A DNA stretch of 46,045 nt. It comes from a virus. Lineage: Duplodnaviria > Caudoviricetes. The DNA lies in the IMG/VR virus record IMGVR_UViG_3300025838_000059, positions 1 through 46,045 of that record. One strand, 5' to 3'. A program made the translations under genes and the position numbers. Position 1 is the stretch's first letter. Each line of letters opens with the position of its first letter. The notes beneath the pieces are model-generated. The model did no database searches. It saw only the letters and a program-made list of their open reading frames with translations, and was not told the DNA's origin. Below are positions 1 to 7,999 of the stretch, piece after piece.

Positions 1-2
1 AG

Positions 3-272
3 GCTTTTGCAGGAGGAACTCCTGCGGCAGCACAGGTGACTTGCACGACTGCGGGAACGGTGCAGGTTTTGGCAGCGGTCACGACATCATCTGCGGGACG
101 ATTTGTGTCGAACACGTCAGGCTCGACAATTTATCTTGGCCCGTCAGGGGTGAGCAGCACAACAGGTTTTGCTCTGCCATCTGGCGTTACGCTTGATCTT
201 ACGAAGTCTACTTCTGCCTTGTATTGCGCGACATCTACCAGCACTGCGGTTTTGACCACATTGCAGTATTAA
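3..272 (+). CDS. 5'-truncated small Ser/Thr-rich beta protein, probably virion-associated; possible signal-peptidase site (AFA|GGT) at the window edge
   Basis: Frame open from nt 3 (AFAGGTPAAAQVTCTTAG...), TAA at 270-272; two Cys; composition like the neighbouring fibre proteins. Confidence 0.55.
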   Translation, partial: AFAGGTPAAAQVTCTTAGTVQVLAAVTTSSAGRFVSNTSGSTIYLGPSGVSSTTGFALPSGVTLDLTKSTSALYCATSTSTAVLTTLQY

Positions 273-284
273 AAGGTATTCGGA

Positions 285-929
285 ATGATTGCCTTCCAAG
301 AATTTCCCGGTGGATACCGGCTGATAGATGGCAACCAGCTTAATGACGGGCTGGCGTATCCGCTTTGGGCTTATTCGGAAGGTATAACGGCAACTGCAGG
401 TGGGAATGTTAATAATTCCTACCAGATTTCAAATACCATCACGAATGTGACGAGTGCGGCGTCTGGCGCGGGTGTTGTGCTGCCGCAAGCCCTTCCGGGC
501 ATGATTATGATTGTGGCTAATCAATCTGGCCATGACATTACAGTGTTTGCTTCGCATGGATCTTATATCGGGGCGATTGCTGGAAGCGTCGGTATTGTTC
601 AAACTGTCGGTGTTGCCACTTTTTACATTTCAACAGCAGTTGGACAATGGATCGCACTTCCGATTGATATTGCTGGGGCCACAATTAAAGTTACGAAAAA
701 TCAGTTTTTTGATGCGTTGCCGTTGATGCCTACTCCGGCTGATCCGAATTTGTTGGTGCAGGCGATTAACCCGGATTGGGCAAATGCTGCGACGGTGCAA
801 TTTTACACAAGTTCGTATGTTGTGGTCGGAAGTCCACTTTACGCACTTTGTCAGACGACTTATGGTTACACATCTGGGCAGATGGCAACATTGATGGCGA
901 TTGCTGCGACCTTATCGCCGTGGGGATAA
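285..929 (+). CDS. Putative virion structural/decoration protein, two-domain chimera
   Basis: AAAGGT upstream of ATG; N-terminal ~125 aa resembles ORF 18929-19330, C-terminal ~80 aa resembles the repeats at the start of ORF 17631-18923. Confidence 0.65.
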   Translation: MIAFQEFPGGYRLIDGNQLNDGLAYPLWAYSEGITATAGGNVNNSYQISNTITNVTSAASGAGVVLPQALPGMIMIVANQSGHDITVFASHGSYIGAIAGSVGIVQTVGVATFYISTAVGQWIALPIDIAGATIKVTKNQFFDALPLMPTPADPNLLVQAINPDWANAATVQFYTSSYVVVGSPLYALCQTTYGYTSGQMATLMAIAATLSPWG

Positions 930-931
930 AC

Positions 932-3900
932 ATGAAGAAATTCTTGGTAGCAGGTGTTAGTCTGATTGCTTTGCAGGCCGCAGTTGCTGCGCCTAACATG
1001 ACTCCGCAATGGGGTTGGGATAGCACTCAGACTTTGCCGACAGGCACTCCGCTCCAATATAAAATTGGCACGACTTGGACGGCTATGCCGTTGTTGGCAC
1101 AGAATAATGTTTGGTCAGGGACACAGTTATTTCAAAATAATGTTGTCGCCCAAAAAACATCTACGGCTGCAAACAGCATTTATTCAGCTATTTATCCCAG
1201 CGTCACCTTTAGCGATACAATTCAAAGTGTTGCAGATATAACTGCAGGAACAACAACGATAAACAATACAGGATTAGCTGCTTATGTTAAGAATGCGTCG
1301 GGAACAAATGGCGCAGGACAAGGAAATGGCGTTGGATTATTTGCTGCAGTTCAATCTGTTGCTAATAATTCTTCAGTTTGGGGTGTAAACACTCTTTGTC
1401 AAGATGCTCCTACAAGAGCCATTGCTTCTTTAACAGGTAATTATTGCATTGGAGCGGAACTGGACTTTAATATCATGTCTCCCGCTACACAAGTTATTGG
1501 TGTAAGTGTTGGTGGCAATTCATTAAGCCAGCCTACAACTTCTAATGCTTTTATAGTTAATTCACTTGGAACAGGAATTAAATGGGGCGGAGGTTTTGTT
1601 AGTCTTAGTGGGACTACAAATACTGGCTTGTCGTTAGGGGCAAAATCCGCTTCTGGGACAAACATTGAAAGTCAAAATTTACAATTAGGATGGTTTGATG
1701 GATCAGCAACGGCACAATTAACTTTGATTAGAATGACAAGTGGATATTTATCGATTACCAATTCTGGAGCTTGGAATGGTGTTGCTCTTGCTGGAAATTT
1801 AACTGTTCAATCGCCTTATTCGGCTATATTTGCTGGCGGGGCGTCTATAACAGGCGCGTATGCGGGCTCCTTTACAAATGGGGTGGCCGTTGATTATGTG
1901 TCTCCATTTGTTCGTTTTAGTGGAGGCGCAGGAGACTCATTTGTTTGGTATAATGGTGGAATTGGCGCAGCGCAATTGATGTTGTTGTCCTCGACAGGCA
2001 ATCTTTTATTGGGCAAAACCTCAACAACAACTGGCTCACTATCTCTAGCAAATGCAAGTTCAGCTTATACAACTACCCTACAAGCTGGCGCAAATACCCC
2101 TGCATCTTGGACTTTGACGCTTCCTCTTGCGGTTCCGGCAGCAAATGGTGCGATCCTGACCGCGACAACTGGTGGCGTCTCATCATGGACCTCAATTTTG
2201 CCGGTAGCAAATGGTGGCACGAACTGCTCTGCGTCTAGCATCACATGCTTTAACAACATCACAGGTTATACCGCGACAGGCGCGACCGGCACTACCAGCA
2301 CCAATTTGGTGTTCTCGACCAGCCCGACCATCACGACACCAACAATTAGCGGGAATGAAACTTATACGGGAACGGCTGGACGTATTCTTGCTGACTTCGA
2401 CAATGCGACGGTCAATAGCCGTAGAGCATTTCAGACAAGCACCACAAACGCTACAACCGGCATTTACGCCCTTCCAAACGGCACATCGACTGCGGCAAGT
2501 TGGCAAGCAACCAACAACTCTGACCCCACAAACGCAAGCAAGATTTTAATCGCTACAAATGCCAGCACAGATGTGCAACTTGTCTCCGGCATCAATGGCA
2601 CAGGCACCTATCTGCCGCTTTCCATCTACACAAGCGGTGGGCAGTCGGCGCAATTTAGCACTACAAAAGGCACATTTACGCTTGGTGTAGCTGGCACAGC
2701 TACCGGCGTGTTGAATATGACCGGCGCTACAAGCGGCACGGCAACTATCACAGCGCAAGCCGCAGCAGGCACACCAACACTAACGCTTCCTAATACTAGC
2801 GGAACACTTGTCTCTACAGCATCAGCGCCACTTTCAATTAGTTCAACAACTGGTGCGATCTCGATTACAGGTGCGGCAGGGCAGATCCTTGCAGGTGCGA
2901 CACCAGCCTTTACAGCGACACCAACGCTCGGTGTGAACGCCACAACGACAGGCCAATTGGGCCTTGCAAATGGTGGTGCAACAGGAGCAACGGTCACTGT
3001 CCAGAACAATGGTGCAACCACAGCCTACAATTTCAACTTGCCTACAACCGTCGGCACGGCGGGATATTTGCTAACGTCGCAGGCCGGTGGCGCTTCCGCC
3101 ATGACTTGGACAAGCCCGACAACAACGGTCAATGGGCAAAGCTGCACACTCGGCTCTACCTGCACGGTCACAGCTGTAGCTTCAAGCATTCCGTTCCCTG
3201 CCACAGTTAGCGGCACAGTTACAAGTGGCGGTATTCCGTATTTCTCCAGCACAACTGCGATGGCATCTTCAGCATTGCTGGCACAATATCAACTTGTTGT
3301 TGGTGGCGGTGCAGGTGCTGCTCCAGCTACATTGGGCGCTACAGGCTCGGCAGGTCAGCATCTTCAAAGTGGAGGTGCTGCGGCCAATCCATCTTGGACA
3401 ACTGCAACATTCCCTGCAACCACAACGGCAGGAACGATCTTAGCATCTGGAACTGCAAATACTGTCACAGCAACTGCAACTCCTACGCTCGGAGTTCAAA
3501 GCACAACGGCAGGCACATTAACACTCGCTAATACTAATGCAGGTGCGTTTCCAACCACTCTTGCTTCTTCAGCTTCTTCAACGGCGGCATGGACATTAAC
3601 ACTTCCTGTTGCCACGCCCGCAGCTAACGGTGCTGTTCTGACTTCAACAACTGGTGGTGTATCGTCTTGGGTCACATCGCTTCCTGTTGCCAATGGTGGC
3701 ACGGCCTGCACGGCGGCAAGCATTACATGCTTTAATAACATTACAGGCTTTACAGCTTCCGGCACTACGGGAACAACTTCCACAAATCTTGTATTTTCGA
3801 CATCGCCCACACTTGTGACTCCAGTGCTTGGTGCAGCTACAGGCACGTCGCTTGCTCTTGGTGGAGCTACAATCGGCACAAACGCGCTCGCAGTTACAGG

Positions 3901-5329
3901 CACAACGGCTCTTAGCAGTACATTAACAAGCGCCGCGCATACAATCACATCTTCATCAGCTAATGCTTTAGCTGTAGGAGCAAACGGCACCACAAATCCG
4001 GCGCTTAATGTTGATGCCTCTACTGCATCTTCAGCAACTGGATTGAATATTAAGTCAGCGGCGGCAGGCAATGGTGTCGCGCTTTCGGTAATATCTAGCG
4101 GAACAAATGAAACTCTAACTATAGACTCTAAAGGCACAGGAAATATTACTATAGGTAATAATTCTACAGGAAATATTTATCTTCAAAGATCAACTACGGT
4201 TAGCAATGCGTTTAACCAAATTACATCTACACAATATCAAGGTTACATTCTAAGTAACGGAACATATAGCACGGTCACATTCAATGGACTTTCTGCTACA
4301 AATGATAATGGAACGATGCAACTTTTATCGGCAGGGGCCGCTAAAGTTAATTTTAGTGCCGACGCCGCAATTTCAAATTATCTAACAAAAGCACTTGCAA
4401 ATTCTTTTTCAGTTGGCCCTAACGGCACAACCAATCCAGCATTCAACGTAGATACGTCCACTGCATCCTCTGCCACAGGCCTCAACATCAAATCTGCAGC
4501 TGCAGGCAGTGGCGTGGCCCTTTCGACCATTTCGTCCGGCACGAACGAAAATCTGACCCTTGATGCGAAGGGATCTGGCACAATTGGAATTGGCGCTACA
4601 TCGACAGGAAATGTTGGAATTGGCACCAATTCGCCGTCATATGGTGTCCAGATTGTAAAATCTATACCAAATCTGATTTTGTCAGATAATGCCGGAACAA
4701 ACACCACAAAATATGCAATGATGGGCGTTGCAAACTATTCTGGTTTGTCAGGAACGCCTGTAGCCATTTTTGGCGCGTCATCAGACGCTACAAATAACAT
4801 TATAGCATTTGGTGGCGGGTATTCACAACAATATGCAGCTACATCTATTCAATTTAATACAGCCGCCAATACTACTACGACTATTGGCACGAATAGGATG
4901 GCTATTAATAGTAGTGGTAACGTAAATTTATCTGCAAACATTGCCTCAACTTCAACTTCCAGTGGAACTCTTACAGTATCTGGAGGTATAGGCGCGTCAG
5001 GGGCGATTTATGGCGGCGGCGTTATAAATGCGGCTACTTCCGTTCAAACTGCCGCAGCATCACCAACGATTACCACTTGTGGCACATCGCCATCCGTAAC
5101 GACAGGCAGCAGTAATAATTCTGGTCAGATTACTACAGGATCAACTGCGACAACCGCCTGCACTATTACTTTTGCAACGGCTTATCCGACTTCAGCTTAT
5201 TGCACAGTAAGTCCTGTAAATGCTGCAAATTCTGGTTTGTATATATCGGCCCAAAGTGCATCAGCGTTTACGATCACATATACAAGTGCGACGAGTGCTA
5301 AATTCCAATACACCTGCTTTGGTAACTAA
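932..5329 (+). CDS. Giant Thr/Ser/Gly/Ala-rich tail fibre/adhesin (1465 aa) with N-terminal Sec-type signal peptide
   Basis: ATG at 932, 2 nt after the upstream stop (track start 776 overlaps that gene); MKKFLVAGVSLIALQAAVA|A; fibre motifs LPVANGGT, GNVGIGT, LVFSTSPTLVTP; internal duplications. Confidence 0.8.
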   Translation: MKKFLVAGVSLIALQAAVAAPNMTPQWGWDSTQTLPTGTPLQYKIGTTWTAMPLLAQNNVWSGTQLFQNNVVAQKTSTAANSIYSAIYPSVTFSDTIQSVADITAGTTTINNTGLAAYVKNASGTNGAGQGNGVGLFAAVQSVANNSSVWGVNTLCQDAPTRAIASLTGNYCIGAELDFNIMSPATQVIGVSVGGNSLSQPTTSNAFIVNSLGTGIKWGGGFVSLSGTTNTGLSLGAKSASGTNIESQNLQLGWFDGSATAQLTLIRMTSGYLSITNSGAWNGVALAGNLTVQSPYSAIFAGGASITGAYAGSFTNGVAVDYVSPFVRFSGGAGDSFVWYNGGIGAAQLMLLSSTGNLLLGKTSTTTGSLSLANASSAYTTTLQAGANTPASWTLTLPLAVPAANGAILTATTGGVSSWTSILPVANGGTNCSASSITCFNNITGYTATGATGTTSTNLVFSTSPTITTPTISGNETYTGTAGRILADFDNATVNSRRAFQTSTTNATTGIYALPNGTSTAASWQATNNSDPTNASKILIATNASTDVQLVSGINGTGTYLPLSIYTSGGQSAQFSTTKGTFTLGVAGTATGVLNMTGATSGTATITAQAAAGTPTLTLPNTSGTLVSTASAPLSISSTTGAISITGAAGQILAGATPAFTATPTLGVNATTTGQLGLANGGATGATVTVQNNGATTAYNFNLPTTVGTAGYLLTSQAGGASAMTWTSPTTTVNGQSCTLGSTCTVTAVASSIPFPATVSGTVTSGGIPYFSSTTAMASSALLAQYQLVVGGGAGAAPATLGATGSAGQHLQSGGAAANPSWTTATFPATTTAGTILASGTANTVTATATPTLGVQSTTAGTLTLANTNAGAFPTTLASSASSTAAWTLTLPVATPAANGAVLTSTTGGVSSWVTSLPVANGGTACTAASITCFNNITGFTASGTTGTTSTNLVFSTSPTLVTPVLGAATGTSLALGGATIGTNALAVTGTTALSSTLTSAAHTITSSSANALAVGANGTTNPALNVDASTASSATGLNIKSAAAGNGVALSVISSGTNETLTIDSKGTGNITIGNNSTGNIYLQRSTTVSNAFNQITSTQYQGYILSNGTYSTVTFNGLSATNDNGTMQLLSAGAAKVNFSADAAISNYLTKALANSFSVGPNGTTNPAFNVDTSTASSATGLNIKSAAAGSGVALSTISSGTNENLTLDAKGSGTIGIGATSTGNVGIGTNSPSYGVQIVKSIPNLILSDNAGTNTTKYAMMGVANYSGLSGTPVAIFGASSDATNNIIAFGGGYSQQYAATSIQFNTAANTTTTIGTNRMAINSSGNVNLSANIASTSTSSGTLTVSGGIGASGAIYGGGVINAATSVQTAAASPTITTCGTSPSVTTGSSNNSGQITTGSTATTACTITFATAYPTSAYCTVSPVNAANSGLYISAQSASAFTITYTSATSAKFQYTCFGN
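2040..3825 (+). repeat. Intragenic ~100-codon duplication in the fibre (copies ~2040-2345 and ~3520-3825)
   Basis: WTLTLPxAxPAANGAxLTxTTGGVSSWxxxLPVANGGTxCxAxSITCFNNITG...TSTNLVFSTSPT occurs twice. Confidence 0.9.
3958..4595 (+). repeat. Intragenic ~65-codon duplication in the fibre (copies ~3958-4155 and ~4396-4595)
   Basis: NGTTNPAxNVDxSTASSATGLNIKSAAAGxGVALSxISSGTNExLTxDxKG occurs twice, with mainly synonymous differences. Confidence 0.9.
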
Positions 5330-5331
5330 TT

Positions 5332-5359
5332 CAAGGGAATTGATCGGGCAGTTCTCTTG
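5332..5359 (+). terminator. Stem-loop after the fibre gene (terminator or processing site)
   Basis: CAAGGGAATTG/CAGTTCTCTTG 11-bp stem with two G-U pairs on the + strand; no U-tract. Confidence 0.4.
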
Positions 5360-5391
5360 TAAAACTCTAACCTCCCGAAAAAGGAAGCCAA

Positions 5392-5625
5392 ATGAAAAAG
5401 GTAATTATTGCATCTCTGATTTTAGCGTCTTTCCCAGCATTTGCAGAGGATGTAAAACCTGCTGCTCCAGCAGCTGCATCTGCACAACAGCAAGTCGATC
5501 CAAACACCCCAATCACCATCACAGTTGGTGAATTGCAGGCTCTTTTACAGGCCGAGCATGATAAACTTGCAACTGAGGCTGTAGCCCAGAAGATACAGGC
5601 GCAGATTAAAGCCAAAGCAAAATAG
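5392..5625 (+). CDS. Small secreted coiled-coil protein, possible fibre chaperone
   Basis: AAGGA RBS; MKKVIIASLILASFPAFA|E signal peptide; helical C-terminus; directly downstream of the fibre. Confidence 0.65.
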   Translation: MKKVIIASLILASFPAFAEDVKPAAPAAASAQQQVDPNTPITITVGELQALLQAEHDKLATEAVAQKIQAQIKAKAK

Positions 5626-5635
5626 GAGCGCGTAA

Positions 5636-6163
5636 ATGGACAGGGCATACTTTTTCAACAGAATTAGACATGCCCTGTTCGGCGGGAAACTTACGGCTGC
5701 GCAAGTAGACGGCATCACGCGAATTCTGGACTACCGTGATAGCAATTATAAAGGCGTGACCGACGACCAGTTGGCCTATATCTTTGCGACGGTGAACTGG
5801 GAAACTGGGCATAAAATGGTGCCGGTCAAGGAGCAAGGGAGCTTACGCTACCTAAAGTCAAAGCCTTACTGGCCCTGGATCGGAATGGGTTTGGTCCAAG
5901 TGACGTGGGAGCGGAATGCAAAGCTCTTTGGGGCCGAAAAGCCCGAAGATTTGCTCGCATGGCCAGTAGCACTTCGCGCTTGTTTTGAAGGCATGACAAA
6001 AGGCCTTTTCACGGGCAAAAAGCTCGCAGATTACATTTCCGCAGGGAAATGCGATTATGTCGGGGCGAGAAGAATTATAAATGGTCAGGACAAGGCAAAT
6101 TTAATCGCGGGGTATGCTACCGCATTTCAATACGCCCTTAAACGTGCGAATAGGGGGTCGTGA
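5636..6163 (+). CDS. Endolysin, glycoside hydrolase family 19-like
   Basis: LAYIFATVNWET, GMGLVQVTWERN, GARRIING motifs; AGGAG RBS. Confidence 0.85.
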   Translation: MDRAYFFNRIRHALFGGKLTAAQVDGITRILDYRDSNYKGVTDDQLAYIFATVNWETGHKMVPVKEQGSLRYLKSKPYWPWIGMGLVQVTWERNAKLFGAEKPEDLLAWPVALRACFEGMTKGLFTGKKLADYISAGKCDYVGARRIINGQDKANLIAGYATAFQYALKRANRGS

Positions 6164-6351
6164 TGGACAAAGATTGGCGAATAGTGGCATTCGGCACGGT
6201 AAGCTGGATGGTGCTTCTCTGCACAGCATTAGGGTTCTTGACAGGATGCTCTCAAATCGAAGGTGATGGGTTTGTGAATGACGGCAAACCGCAGCCTCGA
6301 GTTGTGTGTAAAAAGATAACTCCTTCTCTCACAAGATGCTATAATCGATAG
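6163..6351 (+). CDS. Lipoprotein (o-spanin-like candidate)
   Basis: Hydrophobic stretch then lipobox LTG|C; overlaps the endolysin stop (TGATG). Confidence 0.55.
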   Translation: MDKDWRIVAFGTVSWMVLLCTALGFLTGCSQIEGDGFVNDGKPQPRVVCKKITPSLTRCYNR

Positions 6352-6364
6352 GAAAGGGTGCCAA

Positions 6365-6562
6365 ATGGACGTAGTTATTACATGGCTGATCGCAAGATTA
6401 AAAGAACCGTCCACATGGGCGGGCACAGGCTTAATCGCGTCAGCGGTTCACAATTATATCCCCGGATCAATGGGTGATAACATTATCTCCACGCTGCAGG
6501 GGCTTGGCGGTATTCTTGCGGTGATTTTGGAGGAAAAATCTAAAAAGGTTGCACCAAAATGA
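6365..6562 (+). CDS. Holin-like small membrane protein
   Basis: RLKEPSTWAG motif, two hydrophobic segments, basic C-terminal tail, in lysis cluster. Confidence 0.55.
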   Translation: MDVVITWLIARLKEPSTWAGTGLIASAVHNYIPGSMGDNIISTLQGLGGILAVILEEKSKKVAPK

Positions 6563-6876
6563 TGAACGCAGTTTTATCAATTTTAGGGCTTGCACCTTAC
6601 CTTCAAAACGCGCAAACGATTGTAACTGTTACAAAAGATAGTTACGAAGCGATCAAGGCCGCGAAGGAAATGCTTGACGGCCCTGACGGACAAAAATTCA
6701 AAGCGGCGATCCGAAAGGCAATTGACGCTGCGGAAGCGGGCGCAAAGCAAAGTGTCGAAAAAGGTGTGGAGAGGGTTACAAAAAGCGTTCATCCTACCGT
6801 TGAATATGCTGCAGGTAGTTACGAATGGGATGGATTTGAAGGTTGGGTTTGGGTGCCAAAAGGAGCAGAGCAATGA
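6559..6876 (+). CDS. Hypothetical protein (lysis region)
   Basis: ATGA overlaps at both ends; amphipathic N-terminus, Trp-rich C-terminus. Confidence 0.6.
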   Translation: MMNAVLSILGLAPYLQNAQTIVTVTKDSYEAIKAAKEMLDGPDGQKFKAAIRKAIDAAEAGAKQSVEKGVERVTKSVHPTVEYAAGSYEWDGFEGWVWVPKGAEQ

Positions 6877-7298
6877 GCTTATTCTCATCAATAACGAGTT
6901 TCTTTTCGAAAGCAGCGGTCGCAACAGAGGCCGATGTTGTCACATTTAGCACGAAGGTCTGGGCGGAAGCGCAGATTGTGGAAAAAGACGTAATCGCGGT
7001 GGCGAATTGGATTGTCAATGAAATCCCTGTGCTGACCGCAGGTATTGCCCGGATTACTCCACTTGTCGATGCGATTGTTGGCCTTGCTGATCCTACGATT
7101 GCGGCAAAAATGGCTGCATTAAATGCCGCGATGGCAGGGCTAAATGCTTTTGCTGCGTCCACAAAAGCTGGAACACTTACGCCAGATCAAGCGGTCGCGG
7201 GATATTCGTCGCTTAAAGCTGCAAGCGCTGCCGTGCAGGAATTGGCTGCAACTGCATCAAATATTATCGCCGTAACCCCAGCATCAAAACCATCGTAG
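6873..7298 (+). CDS. Hypothetical Ala-rich amphipathic helical protein
   Basis: AAGGAG RBS, ATG at 6873 overlapping the previous stop. Confidence 0.6.
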   Translation: MSLFSSITSFFSKAAVATEADVVTFSTKVWAEAQIVEKDVIAVANWIVNEIPVLTAGIARITPLVDAIVGLADPTIAAKMAALNAAMAGLNAFAASTKAGTLTPDQAVAGYSSLKAASAAVQELAATASNIIAVTPASKPS

Positions 7299-7307
7299 GA
7301 GAGAAGG

Positions 7308-7544
7308 ATGTCTATCCACCATGACAGCCCGTTTTATGACATTCTAAACACCCTTTTCTCGACAACAAGTGAAAAAGCAGGGGCGTTAGTGGCGGCAAGT
7401 ATGATTTCTTCACCCCTCTGGTTACAAACAATTCAGCCGGTGTCGGACGTGGCAGCGGTTTTTGCTCCAATTCTCGGCTGCACATATCTGTCCATGCAGA
7501 TCGGGCTTAAAATATGGGACAGGTTTATTAAAAGGGGATTGTGA
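7308..7544 (+). CDS. Small two-TM membrane protein (second holin candidate)
   Basis: Two hydrophobic segments, basic C-terminus; AGGAG/AAGG RBS. Confidence 0.5.
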   Translation: MSIHHDSPFYDILNTLFSTTSEKAGALVAASMISSPLWLQTIQPVSDVAAVFAPILGCTYLSMQIGLKIWDRFIKRGL

Positions 7545-7798
7545 TGGATAACATGTCAGGCGCAGGTGGAGCTGCTTATTTCAAATCTCAGCATGAAGGT
7601 GAAGGTTGCCATCGTATGGGCGAGCATCACGACATGAAGAAACTTACGAAGTCTTCAGCCATGAATAAGGCTGAGATGAAGACAGTGAAACATTCAGAGG
7701 CAAAAGAAGTTGCGACGAAAGATCGTGAACTTGCTGCAAACAAAAAAGAGTCAACAATGTATGGCATGAAAACCTCAAAGAAACTGGGTGGCAAGTAA
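7544..7798 (+). CDS. Small Lys/Met-rich protein
   Basis: AAGGGG RBS, TGATG coupling. Confidence 0.6.
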   Translation: MDNMSGAGGAAYFKSQHEGEGCHRMGEHHDMKKLTKSSAMNKAEMKTVKHSEAKEVATKDRELAANKKESTMYGMKTSKKLGGK

Positions 7799-7962
7799 TG
7801 GCAAAAGCTCCTCCAAAAAAGATGTCCATGAAAGAGTGGGAAAAATCCCCGATGGACAAAAAGATGGACAAAAAACTCGCCGCAAAAGGGATCAAGGAAG
7901 GCTCGAAAAAAGAGCAGGCCATGGATCGTGCGGCGATGAAAAAGTATGAGAAAAAGAAATAG
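7798..7962 (+). CDS. 54-aa very Lys-rich protein (not in ORF track)
   Basis: TAATG coupling; MAKAPPKKMSMKEWEKSPMDKKMDKKLAAKGIKEGSKKEQAMDRAAMKKYEKKK. Confidence 0.7.
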   Translation: MAKAPPKKMSMKEWEKSPMDKKMDKKLAAKGIKEGSKKEQAMDRAAMKKYEKKK

Positions 7963-7999
7963 TTAGCCCCATTTTGGATTGAATATAGAATGGACCTAA
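7963..7999. repeat. 37-bp palindromic element, copy D (overlaps terL start codon)
   Basis: TTAGCCCCAT-TTTGGATTGAATATAGA-ATGGACCTAA. Confidence 0.7.

Noticed and set aside
776-931. Track start of the giant fibre at 776
   Set aside because: Overlaps the preceding gene by 154 nt; ATG 932 follows its stop and begins a signal peptide
2040-4595. Fibre duplications as DGR template/variable repeats
   Set aside because: Both copies are coding, differences are mostly synonymous and not adenine-specific, and no reverse transcriptase is present
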